Origin: a virus
Taxonomy: Duplodnaviria > Caudoviricetes
IMG/VR virus record: IMGVR_UViG_3300041097_000025
Coordinates: 1 to 43,024 of that record
DNA length: 43,024 nt
Direction: 5' to 3' (one strand)
In this document: positions 16,598-24,132 of the stretch, piece after piece
Layout: every line of letters starts with the position of its first letter
Position numbering within the stretch: the stretch's first letter is position 1
The notes under the pieces: model-generated
Seen by the model: only the letters and a program-made list of their open reading frames with translations
The model's database searches: none
Told to the model about the DNA's origin: nothing
Program-made: the position numbers and the translations under genes

Positions 16598-17862
16598 ACA
16601 TCTCCTGGCTTGCCGACAAGATCGAGCAGTGGCCGACCGACCGGCTCGTTCCCTATGCACGCAACGCGCGCACCCATACCGATTCGCAAGTGGCGCAGAT
16701 CGCGGCCTCGATTGCGGAGTTCGGTTTCACCAATCCCATCCTCGCGGGCAGCGACGGTGTGATCGTTGCCGGGCATGGTCGATTGGCCGCCGCTCTGAAG
16801 CTAGGCATCGAAATGGTGCCGGTGGTGGTGCTCGATCACCTGACTCCAACCCAGCGCCGGGCGCTGGTAATCGCGGACAACCGGATCGCCGAGAACGCGG
16901 GCTGGGACGAGGCGATGCTGCAAGTGGAATTGATAGCCCTGCAGGATGACGACTTCGATCTGAGCCTGACCGGCTTCGACGCCGACGCGCTGGCCGATCT
17001 GCTGGCTGGTGGTGAGACTACCAACGATGGGCAGACCGACGAGGATGCTGCGCCAGAGGTATCGGAGATCCCTGTGTCCCGACCGGGCGACGTCTGGGTC
17101 TGTGGCGAGCATCGAGTGCTCTGCGGCGATGCCACCAATGCCGATGCCTACACCACGGTGCTGGGCGACGAATCGGCTGGCATGGTTTTCACCGACCCGC
17201 CGTACAACGTGAACTACGCCAACAGTGCAAAGGACAAGATGCGCGGCAAAAACCGCGCGATCCTCAACGACAACTTGGGCGATGGGTTCTACGATTTCTT
17301 GCTGGCCGCCCTGACGCCGACGCTGGCTCACTGCCGGGGCGGCATCTACGTGGCCATGTCATCGAGCGAACTCGATACCCTGCAGTCTGCCTTCAGGGCC
17401 GCCGGGGGTCACTGGTCGACCTTTGTCATCTGGGCCAAGAATACTTTCACCCTGGGCCGCGCTGATTATCAGCGCCAGTACGAACCGATCCTTTACGGCT
17501 GGACCGAAGGCGGTGAGCGCTATTGGTGTGGCGATCGCGACCAGGGCGATGTCTGGCAAATCAAGAAACCCGCCAAGAACGATCTGCACCCGACCATGAA
17601 GCCAGTTGAACTGGTGGAGCGGGCGATTCGCAATTCCAGTCGCCCGAGCGACGTGGTGCTCGACCCGTTTGGCGGATCCGGCAGCACGCTGATCGCCGCC
17701 GAGAAGTCGGGACGGCGGGCGCGGCTCATCGAGCTCGACCCGAAGTACGTGGATGTGATCGTGCGCCGTTGGCAGGACTATGCCGGGGCGCAGGCCACCC
17801 GCTTGGCGGATGGCGTGGCGTTCGATCAGGCGGCGAGTTCTTCTTCGACGATCTCGCAGTGA
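16594..17862 (+). CDS. ParB/Srx-N-terminal DNA methyltransferase (beta class, DPPY motif)
   Basis: IVAGHGRLAAA, FTDPPYNV, HPTMKP, DPFGGSGST. Confidence 0.9.
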   Translation: MNISWLADKIEQWPTDRLVPYARNARTHTDSQVAQIAASIAEFGFTNPILAGSDGVIVAGHGRLAAALKLGIEMVPVVVLDHLTPTQRRALVIADNRIAENAGWDEAMLQVELIALQDDDFDLSLTGFDADALADLLAGGETTNDGQTDEDAAPEVSEIPVSRPGDVWVCGEHRVLCGDATNADAYTTVLGDESAGMVFTDPPYNVNYANSAKDKMRGKNRAILNDNLGDGFYDFLLAALTPTLAHCRGGIYVAMSSSELDTLQSAFRAAGGHWSTFVIWAKNTFTLGRADYQRQYEPILYGWTEGGERYWCGDRDQGDVWQIKKPAKNDLHPTMKPVELVERAIRNSSRPSDVVLDPFGGSGSTLIAAEKSGRRARLIELDPKYVDVIVRRWQDYAGAQATRLADGVAFDQAASSSSTISQ

Positions 17863-18194
17863 ATCACAAATCCCGTCAGGTAAGGCAGCCCCTTGGGGAT
17901 GCCGTACTCCTTGCTGGTCTGGCGGCCAATCGTCCAGCCCATCCAGCGAGCGACCGCCGCGTCGACCGCTTGCTTGATGGCGTGGCCCCTGAGCATCTCG
18001 TTCAGGACATCGTCCGCAAAGTGCCGCCCGTGGCGGCTGTCGAGGAAGGCCCTGACCGATTCGAGGGGCTGGCAAGTGGCGTCGGAGATCGCGGTCATCG
18101 CGATGGGCCAGGCGGTTTGGGCGTCGTCGTTCATGGTGCCCCAAAAGCCCCAGGCATCGTTTTGGGTGGCGGGGATTTGCTTGGTGGTGGTCAT
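17826..18194 (-). CDS. Conserved prophage accessory hypothetical protein
   Basis: 122 aa, MTTTKQIPATQNDAWGFWGTM; AAGGAG SD; preceded by motif copy 2. Confidence 0.7.
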   Translation of the reverse strand: MTTTKQIPATQNDAWGFWGTMNDDAQTAWPIAMTAISDATCQPLESVRAFLDSRHGRHFADDVLNEMLRGHAIKQAVDAAVARWMGWTIGRQTSKEYGIPKGLPYLTGFVIHCEIVEEELAA

Positions 18195-18230
18195 CGTTGT
18201 CTCCTTCGGGTTGATCGTTGCGACACCCGT

Positions 18231-18260
18231 ATGAACGCGCTGTTCGATTGAGAAGCCAAG
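18231..18260 (-). promoter_or_regulatory. Conserved motif CTTGGCTTC-N10-AGCGCGTTCAT, copy 2
   Basis: Minus strand CTTGGCTTC-TCAATCGAAC-AGCGCGTTCAT, upstream of the ATG at 18194. Confidence 0.7.
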
Positions 18261-18405
18261 CACTTTCTGAAACTTTTTGGCTATTCGTAACGTGTTGTAG
18301 ATGTTCGCAACGCTGCCGTTCCCGGATAAGCTAGGATTCGGCAACTCACTGCCCTAAGCCATCCATCCCATTTCAGTTTCAAGGAGTCTTCCGAAGCAGC
18401 CATAC

Positions 18406-18891
18406 CTAATATCGAATGACGTTGAATCCCTCCTCTTGCTGAGGCGCCTCAAAGTAACTCGTAATCAGGTGAAACTCACTATCATCCACAATGAAAGCGT
18501 GGGAACTTGCTGCATTTCGCGCATGCAAGCGCAACAAACAGACATCATCGGGTACGTCAAGAAAATGCAGCACATGCCCCGATTGGACGTTGTTTAGAAG
18601 GCTCATCATCCATTTTCGGTTCGCGACAGTATTGGCAGGAAAATCCAAGACTACTGAGACCCCTATCCTAAGGAGCTCTGTCACATGCGGCCCCACAGCA
18701 TTACGTAAGTTAGCAGCGCATCGGATATAGTCTGGCACAGTCTTGATGTCCCCAGGATAGAGATCAGCAAGCCATCTGTCCTCGTTGAGAATCGCCGCGT
18801 TCGGCGCCAGAGCCAGTTCTTTGGCCAATGTGGATTTTCCAGAGGCGATTTTTCCGCAGAGCAAATGTAGTGTCGCTAATGGTTTCGACAT
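18406..18891 (-). CDS. P-loop kinase/AAA_33-family ATP-binding protein (moron)
   Basis: LHLLCGKIASGKSTLA, VVLDFPANTVANR; visibly lower GC than flanks. Confidence 0.85.
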   Translation of the reverse strand: MSKPLATLHLLCGKIASGKSTLAKELALAPNAAILNEDRWLADLYPGDIKTVPDYIRCAANLRNAVGPHVTELLRIGVSVVLDFPANTVANRKWMMSLLNNVQSGHVLHFLDVPDDVCLLRLHARNAASSHAFIVDDSEFHLITSYFEAPQQEEGFNVIRY

Positions 18892-19290
18892 TTACACGGC
18901 CCCCAGTAAATCCGTCCCATAGGAATTATCAACAACGCAAAGCCACTTGTCGGCAGATTCTTCACGGAACACGTAAGTGGCACGCCTAGTCACGCAACTG
19001 GCCACACCGGCTTTATCAACCGTTTCCAGGATGGTTTCCATGATGACTAGCGCCGTATTCCCGCCCTGAATAACTTGCATCTCGCCTTGCTTGACAACAA
19101 GACTATGGTTGAAATATTCGGCAATCGCAGCGAATGCCTTACGAATCTGTTCCTTGCCTGTTGCGATCATGCCAGGCTTGATGACAAGCGCTGCGTCGTC
19201 CGCGTAGAACTCCATTAACGCGTCGAAGTCCTCGTCGGTGATAGCCTTGTCAGCTGATTTGATAGCCTGTTTGATTGGGTGGTGTTTCAT
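18892..19290 (-). CDS. YybH/SnoaL-like (NTF2-fold, DUF4440) protein (moron)
   Basis: DFDALMEFYADDAALVIKPG...GKEQIRKAF...ATYVFRE...WLCVVDNSYG; AAGGGAG SD; abuts the kinase gene. Confidence 0.85.
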   Translation of the reverse strand: MKHHPIKQAIKSADKAITDEDFDALMEFYADDAALVIKPGMIATGKEQIRKAFAAIAEYFNHSLVVKQGEMQVIQGGNTALVIMETILETVDKAGVASCVTRRATYVFREESADKWLCVVDNSYGTDLLGAV

Positions 19291-19328
19291 GTCGATCTCC
19301 CTTGGTTAGAGTGCCAGGAGACGGACAT

Positions 19329-19352
19329 AAAAAACCCGCCTCTTGGCGGGTT
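19329..19352 (-). terminator. Attenuator terminator hairpin
   Basis: Minus strand AACCCGCC-AAGA-GGCGGGTT-TTTT, lying between the leader peptide and the NTF2-like gene. Confidence 0.8.
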
Positions 19353-19370
19353 GCTGTGAAATGAAGCGTG

Positions 19371-19433
19371 CTAACCCACCATCGTTGAGATGGTGGTAAT
19401 AATGACGGCAGGAGCGTTGAGCACAATCTTCAT
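19371..19433 (-). CDS. Attenuator leader peptide MKIVLNAPAVIITTISTMVG (Ile/Thr-rich)
   Basis: 20 codons plus TAG with the ATT ATT ACC ACC ATC TCA ACG cluster, followed by alternative hairpins and a terminator. Below the ORF-track length cutoff. Confidence 0.75.
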   Translation of the reverse strand: MKIVLNAPAVIITTISTMVG

Positions 19434-19440
19434 GAGGAAA

Positions 19441-19469
19441 ACGATAACAGAAAAAGTTGAGTTGTTCAA
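19441..19469 (-). promoter_or_regulatory. Sigma70 promoter TTGAAC-N17-TATCGT with extended -10 TG
   Basis: -35 at 19464-19469 and -10 at 19441-19446. The leader ATG follows 7 nt after the -10 with no SD. Confidence 0.6.
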
Positions 19470-19470
19470 G

Positions 19471-19503
19471 CTACAGTCTTTTCCAGTCTACAGTCTTTTC
19501 CAG
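19471..19503. repeat. Tandem 16-bp direct repeat CTACAGTCTTTTCCAG x2
   Basis: Copies at 19471-19486 and 19488-19503, with a partial third (CTAC) after. Confidence 0.85.
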
Positions 19504-19574
19504 CTACTGCTGCAGCCGAGTTAACCCTGAGTACCAATTCCCGCAATGGGAGATGATCGCCGCCCCATTGTTGA

Positions 19575-20123
19575 TCACGCAATCCGGTAGATGCGCTCGC
19601 CGCCGTCGGGCTTTTCCGAGGTGATGGTGAGTCCGAGTTTCTTCTTGAACGCCCCGGCAAAGGTGCCGCGCACTGTGTGTGCCTGCCAGCCGGTAGCCGC
19701 ACAGATCTGGTTGATGGTGGCCCCCTCCGGACGTTGCAGCATCTGGATCACCGTGGCCTGCTTGCTGTTTTCGCGGGTGCGAGGCTTGCCCTCGACGCCG
19801 ACCTTGATCAACGTCTTGGCTGCGCCCTGTTTTTCTTGCGCCCAGTTAGCCTCTGCGGCCGACACGGCGGCCTCGACCTCGGGGTCGGGGTGAATGGTGG
19901 CCGGCGTCGGCCTAGCGCACCCCAGGGCATCGTAGCCCTCGGCGGCGACGAACCAATTGGTGCTGTCGCGGGTGATCAGGGCCTTGTTGAACAGTCCTTC
20001 CAGCACCTTGGTGCGGGCACCGCCCTTGATGTTGTCGGGGAACCACTCGATCTTGCCGCCGGTGTGTTCGATGGCGTAGGCGAGGATGGCGTGCTGGGCA
20101 GGGGTCAGTTGGATGGTGGTCAT
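19575..20123 (-). CDS. DUF3489-family protein
   Basis: SKQATVIQMLQRPEGATINQICAATGWQAHTVRGTFAGAFKKKLGL; AAGGAG SD. Confidence 0.85.
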   Translation of the reverse strand: MTTIQLTPAQHAILAYAIEHTGGKIEWFPDNIKGGARTKVLEGLFNKALITRDSTNWFVAAEGYDALGCARPTPATIHPDPEVEAAVSAAEANWAQEKQGAAKTLIKVGVEGKPRTRENSKQATVIQMLQRPEGATINQICAATGWQAHTVRGTFAGAFKKKLGLTITSEKPDGGERIYRIA

Positions 20124-20157
20124 TTGATGCTCCTTCGTGGTGGTTGATGGTGTGGTC

Positions 20158-20187
20158 ATGAACGCGCTGTTCGCGAGTGAAGCCAAG
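20158..20187 (-). promoter_or_regulatory. Conserved motif CTTGGCTTC-N10-AGCGCGTTCAT, copy 3
   Basis: Minus strand CTTGGCTTC-ACTCGCGAAC-AGCGCGTTCAT, upstream of the ATG at 20123. Confidence 0.7.
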
Positions 20188-20204
20188 CGTTTTCCGCTGC
20201 TTTC

Positions 20205-20393
20205 TCAGCCCTGCTTCGCGGCCTGCCGGCCTGCCTCGTAGGCCGCCATCAGGGCGCTCTTTACGCCCCAGACGCTGACCTCGTGGAAGTCCATCCGGTC
20301 GCTGTTGCGGGTTTCCAGGGTTTCGATGAACAGGTGGTCCAGCGCGATCTGCTGCAGTTGCTGGTCGAGGGCTTTGGCGGCTTGCTTGGTCAT
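20205..20393 (-). CDS. DUF6900-like small protein
   Basis: 62 aa, IALDHLFIETLETRNSDRMDFHEVSVWGVKSALMAAYEAG. Confidence 0.75.
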   Translation of the reverse strand: MTKQAAKALDQQLQQIALDHLFIETLETRNSDRMDFHEVSVWGVKSALMAAYEAGRQAAKQG

Positions 20394-20428
20394 GTTTTTC
20401 ACCTTGTGGCGTCGTTGATGGTGATGCC

Positions 20429-20458
20429 ATGAACGCGCTGCTCCAGAGAGAAGCCAAG
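20429..20458 (-). promoter_or_regulatory. Conserved motif CTTGGCTTC-N10-AGCGCGTTCAT, copy 4
   Basis: Minus strand CTTGGCTTC-TCTCTGGAGC-AGCGCGTTCAT, upstream of the ATG at 20393. Confidence 0.7.
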
Positions 20459-20498
20459 CTGAATCTGAACGGGGCTGCACCAATGCTTGATGGAGATC

Positions 20499-21029
20499 AT
20501 GGGACTGTCGATTCGCGCCTATGCCCGGCACCGAGGGGTGTCGGACACCGCCGTGCACAAGGCCATTCGTGCCGGGCGGATCACGCCGGAGGCCGATGGC
20601 AGCATCGATCCGGACAAGGCCGACCGGGACTGGGCGAAGAATTCCGACACGCCCAAGGAGGGCACCAAGCGCCGGGCTGAAACGGTCGCGGTCAAGGAAC
20701 CTGCCGGCGAGCCGGTTGCTCCGGCATTGAATGCCGGTGGTACGTCGCTGCTACAGGCCCGCACCGTGAACGAGGTGGTCAAGGCGCAGACGAACAAGGT
20801 GCGACTGGCCCGGCTCAAGGGTGAACTGGTCGACCGGCCTCAGGCCATCGCCCACGTTTTCAAGCTGGCGCGTTCTGAGCGCGATGCCTGGCTCAACTGG
20901 CCTGCACGCATCTCTGGGCAGATGGCATCGAAGCTCGGCGTCGATGCTCACACGCTGCACGTTGCGCTGGAGACTGCCGTGCGTGAACACTTGCAGGAGC
21001 TGGGCGACGTTCGCCCCCGGGTGGATTGA
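20499..21029 (+). CDS. terS: Terminase small subunit (Nu1-like)
   Basis: N-terminal HTH MGLSIRAYARHRGVSDTAVHKAI, RLARLKGELVDR; coupled to terL. Confidence 0.8.
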   Translation: MGLSIRAYARHRGVSDTAVHKAIRAGRITPEADGSIDPDKADRDWAKNSDTPKEGTKRRAETVAVKEPAGEPVAPALNAGGTSLLQARTVNEVVKAQTNKVRLARLKGELVDRPQAIAHVFKLARSERDAWLNWPARISGQMASKLGVDAHTLHVALETAVREHLQELGDVRPRVD

Positions 21030-22993
21030 TGCTGGATGCGGATTACGAAGGCGGGATCGACATCGAGCGCGCCTGGCGGGAGGGGCTGACGCCAGATCCC
21101 TTGCTCACCGTGTCTGAGTGGTCGGATCGCCACCGGATGCTTTCCAGCAAGGCATCGGCAGAGCCTGGCCGCTGGCGTACCAGCCGCACGCCGTATCTGA
21201 AGGCGATCATGGATTGCCTGTCGCCGATGTCGGCGGTCGAGCGGATCGTGTTCATGAAGGCGGCGCAGCTTGGTGCGACCGAGATGGGCAACAACTGGAT
21301 CGGCTACGTGATCCACCACGCCCCCGGCCCAATGATGGCCGTATCGCCGACGGTGGAGATGGCGAAACGCAACTCCAAGCAGCGCATCGACCCGCTGATC
21401 GAGGAGTCGCCGGTGCTGGCCGAGTTGATCGCGCCGGCCCGCAGCCGCGACGCCGGCAACACGATTCTGGCGAAGGAGTTTCGCGGCGGCGTGCTGGTGA
21501 TGACGGGCGCGAACAGCGCCGTCGGCCTGCGCTCGATGCCGGTGCGCTACCTGTTTCTGGACGAGGTCGATGGCTACCCGTCGGACGTCGATGGCGAAGG
21601 CGATGCCATCTCGCTCGCCGAGGCGCGCACCCGAACCTTCGCGCGGCGGAAGATTTTCGTCGTCTCGACGCCAACGATTGCCGGCGCGAGCAGTATCGAG
21701 CGGGAGTACGAAGCGAGTGACCAACGTCGCTACTTCCTGCCGTGCCCACATTGTTCGCACCGGCAGTGGCTGCGCTTCGAGCAACTGCGCTGGGAGAAGG
21801 GGCAGCCAGAGACGGCGGCCTACGTGTGCGAGGCGTGTGACGAGCCCATCCCGGAGCAGCACAAGACCTGGATGCTGGAGCACGGCGAATGGCGTGCGCT
21901 GGTTCCCGATAATGGAGCCAAGACGGCGGGCTTCCACCTCTCGTCGCTGTATAGCCCGGTGGGCTGGCGCAGTTGGCGGGAGATCGCCGCTGCCTGGGAG
22001 AGTGCAGTGAACAAGGAATCCGGATCGGCCGCCGCCATCAAGACCTTCAAGAACACCGAGTTGGGCGAGACCTGGGTCGAGGAAGGCGAAGCGCCCGACT
22101 GGCAACGCCTCATCGAGCGGCGCGAGGACTACCCCATCGCGCGCATCCCGGCTGGCGGCCTGCTGCTGGTCGGTGGTGCCGACGTGCAGAAGGATCGCAT
22201 CGAGGCCTCGATCTGGGCATTCGGGCGAGGCAAAGAGTCTTGGCTCGTCGAGCATCGCGTGCTGATGGGCGATACCGCCCGCGATGCGGTGTGGAAGCGC
22301 CTCGGCGAGCTGATCGCCGAAACGTGGTCGCACGAGTCAGGTGCGCAATTGCCGATCGCCCGGTTTGCGCTGGATACCGGCTTTGCCACGCAGGAGGCCT
22401 ACACCTTCGTGCGGCTGGTACGCGATCCCCGCGTGATGGCGGTCAAGGGTGTGCCCAAGGGCGCGGCCCTGGTCGGCACGCCGACGGCGGTCGATCTCTC
22501 GCAGGGCGGCAAGAAACTGCGCCGGGGCATCAAGGTGTTCTCGGTGGCGGTCGGCATCGCCAAGTTGGAGTTCTACAACAACCTGCGCAAGGCGGCGGAT
22601 GTGCTTGAGGACGGCGTCACGCTGCGTTACCCCACCGGCTTCGTGCATCTGCCCAAAGTTGATGCCGAATTCGTGCAGCAACTCTGCGCCGAGCAGCTGA
22701 TCACGCGGCGCGACCGCAACGGCTTCGCCATCCGCGAGTGGCAGAAGATGCGTGAGCGCAACGAGGCTCTGGACTGCTACGTGTATGCCCGCGCGGCGGC
22801 GAGTGCTGCCGGTCTCGACCGCTTCGAGGAACGGCACTGGCGCGAACTGGAACGACAGATCGGACTCTCGCCGCCCGGCGATCCCGATCCGCAAGTCGAA
22901 CAACCCACTGAGGCCACCCAACGCGGTGGCCTCGCTGTTTCTGGAACCCCGAGAACGGGCCGGCGCGTCATCCGCAGTCGCTGGTTCAGTTGA
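21029..22993 (+). CDS. terL: Terminase large subunit (lambda gpA family)
   Basis: MKAAQLGATE Walker A variant, YLFLDEVDGY, VSTPT, CPHC Zn motif, RNEALDCYVYA. Confidence 0.95.
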   Translation: MLDADYEGGIDIERAWREGLTPDPLLTVSEWSDRHRMLSSKASAEPGRWRTSRTPYLKAIMDCLSPMSAVERIVFMKAAQLGATEMGNNWIGYVIHHAPGPMMAVSPTVEMAKRNSKQRIDPLIEESPVLAELIAPARSRDAGNTILAKEFRGGVLVMTGANSAVGLRSMPVRYLFLDEVDGYPSDVDGEGDAISLAEARTRTFARRKIFVVSTPTIAGASSIEREYEASDQRRYFLPCPHCSHRQWLRFEQLRWEKGQPETAAYVCEACDEPIPEQHKTWMLEHGEWRALVPDNGAKTAGFHLSSLYSPVGWRSWREIAAAWESAVNKESGSAAAIKTFKNTELGETWVEEGEAPDWQRLIERREDYPIARIPAGGLLLVGGADVQKDRIEASIWAFGRGKESWLVEHRVLMGDTARDAVWKRLGELIAETWSHESGAQLPIARFALDTGFATQEAYTFVRLVRDPRVMAVKGVPKGAALVGTPTAVDLSQGGKKLRRGIKVFSVAVGIAKLEFYNNLRKAADVLEDGVTLRYPTGFVHLPKVDAEFVQQLCAEQLITRRDRNGFAIREWQKMRERNEALDCYVYARAAASAAGLDRFEERHWRELERQIGLSPPGDPDPQVEQPTEATQRGGLAVSGTPRTGRRVIRSRWFS

Positions 22994-23017
22994 TCACCAC
23001 CACTGGAGAACCCCACC

Positions 23018-23509
23018 ATGAGTCTGCAAACCCAACTCAACAGTTTCGTCCTGCGCGTCGCCGAGGAATTCAACACCGTCAAGGGGCGCACCGGCACGCT
23101 GACCGCGCTGACCACCACCGACAAGTCGAGCCTGGTGGCGGCGATCAACGAACTGAAGGCCGCGATCATCACGGCGGTGGCCATCGACGACCTGACGGTT
23201 GCCACGACCAGCACCTACTCCTCGTCGAAAATCGTCTTGGTGCTCGATGCCCTCAAGGCCGACATCTTGGGCGGTGCCGACCCGGCCTACGACACCCTGC
23301 TGGAACTCCAGCAGGCGCTGCAGAACGACCAGACCGGCATCGCCGCGCTCACGGCCGCCATCGACAAGCGCGTGCGCTTCGATGCCGCGCAGACCCTGAC
23401 CGTTCCCGAGCAGACGCAAGCCCGAGACAACATCGGTGCGGTCGCCGCCACTGACATCGGCGACACCACCACCGACTTCGTGGCGATCTTCAACGCCGCC
23501 CTGGTGTAA
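23018..23509 (+). CDS. Fibre-like virion protein
   Basis: LTALTTTDKSSLVAAINEL and GGADPAYDTLLELQQAL motifs resemble phage fibre shafts. Confidence 0.6.
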   Translation: MSLQTQLNSFVLRVAEEFNTVKGRTGTLTALTTTDKSSLVAAINELKAAIITAVAIDDLTVATTSTYSSSKIVLVLDALKADILGGADPAYDTLLELQQALQNDQTGIAALTAAIDKRVRFDAAQTLTVPEQTQARDNIGAVAATDIGDTTTDFVAIFNAALV

Positions 23510-23512
23510 GTG

Positions 23513-23905
23513 ATGAGCATCGTCGCCCAACTGTCGGCGCTCGCAACCCGCATCGGCACGGAGATCAAGGGACTGATCCGTCCCGATCACCCCGGACTCG
23601 CCCGCGCCTGGGTGAATTTCGGCTACGTCGGCGGGGCAATCCAGCTTCGCGCCGCCTACAACGTCGCCTCGGTGACCCGCTTGGGAACCGGACGCTATCG
23701 CATCGTCTTTGAGGGCTCGATGCCCGACGCGAAGTATTGCTGGGTGGCCACCGGCAGGAGCAACACCGCCACGGGAACCATCCGTTTCGCGGCGGCGCGA
23801 GGGACAACGGACGGAAAGACCGAAGCAGGACTGGAGATCGTCTGCATCTCCTCCTCGGGGTCGTTGGCCGACACGCCCGAGATCAGTCTAGTGGTCTATC
23901 GATGA
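23513..23905 (+). CDS. Fibre tip-like virion protein
   Basis: ARAWVNFG...IQLRAAYNVASVTRLGTGRYRIVF resembles tail-fibre C-terminal domains. Confidence 0.6.
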   Translation: MSIVAQLSALATRIGTEIKGLIRPDHPGLARAWVNFGYVGGAIQLRAAYNVASVTRLGTGRYRIVFEGSMPDAKYCWVATGRSNTATGTIRFAAARGTTDGKTEAGLEIVCISSSGSLADTPEISLVVYR

Positions 23906-24132
23906 GCACGCCGACCTACACCGAGATGCAGTTGCAGGCCCTGCGTGATGCGCTGGCCAAAGGCGAGAAGCGCGTGACCTTCGGCGACAAGACCGTCGAG
24001 TACCGCACCGTCGAGGAACTGAAGCAGGCCATCGCCGAGGTTGAAGCCGCGATGCACAAGGATGCCGTGGCCACCGGCCTGTATCCGCGTGCGCCGCGAC
24101 AGATCCGCGTGACCACCGGGAAGGGATTCTGA
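23902..24132 (+). CDS. Head-to-tail joining protein (gpW-like)
   Basis: 76 aa, LQALRDALAKGEKRVTFGDKTVEYRTVEEL; directly before the portal. Confidence 0.85.
   Translation: MSTPTYTEMQLQALRDALAKGEKRVTFGDKTVEYRTVEELKQAIAEVEAAMHKDAVATGLYPRAPRQIRVTTGKGF

Noticed and set aside
17826-18344. Recurrent peptide LGF(S/T)xxxRVH in several ORF translations, and long N-terminal ORF extensions
   Set aside because: The peptide is the translation of the 4x DNA motif; true starts with SD sequences lie downstream (18194, 20123, 20393).
18262-18405. Integron attC site or IS end flanking the moron
   Set aside because: No convincing RYYYAAC...GTTRRRY pairing, terminal inverted repeats or transposase.
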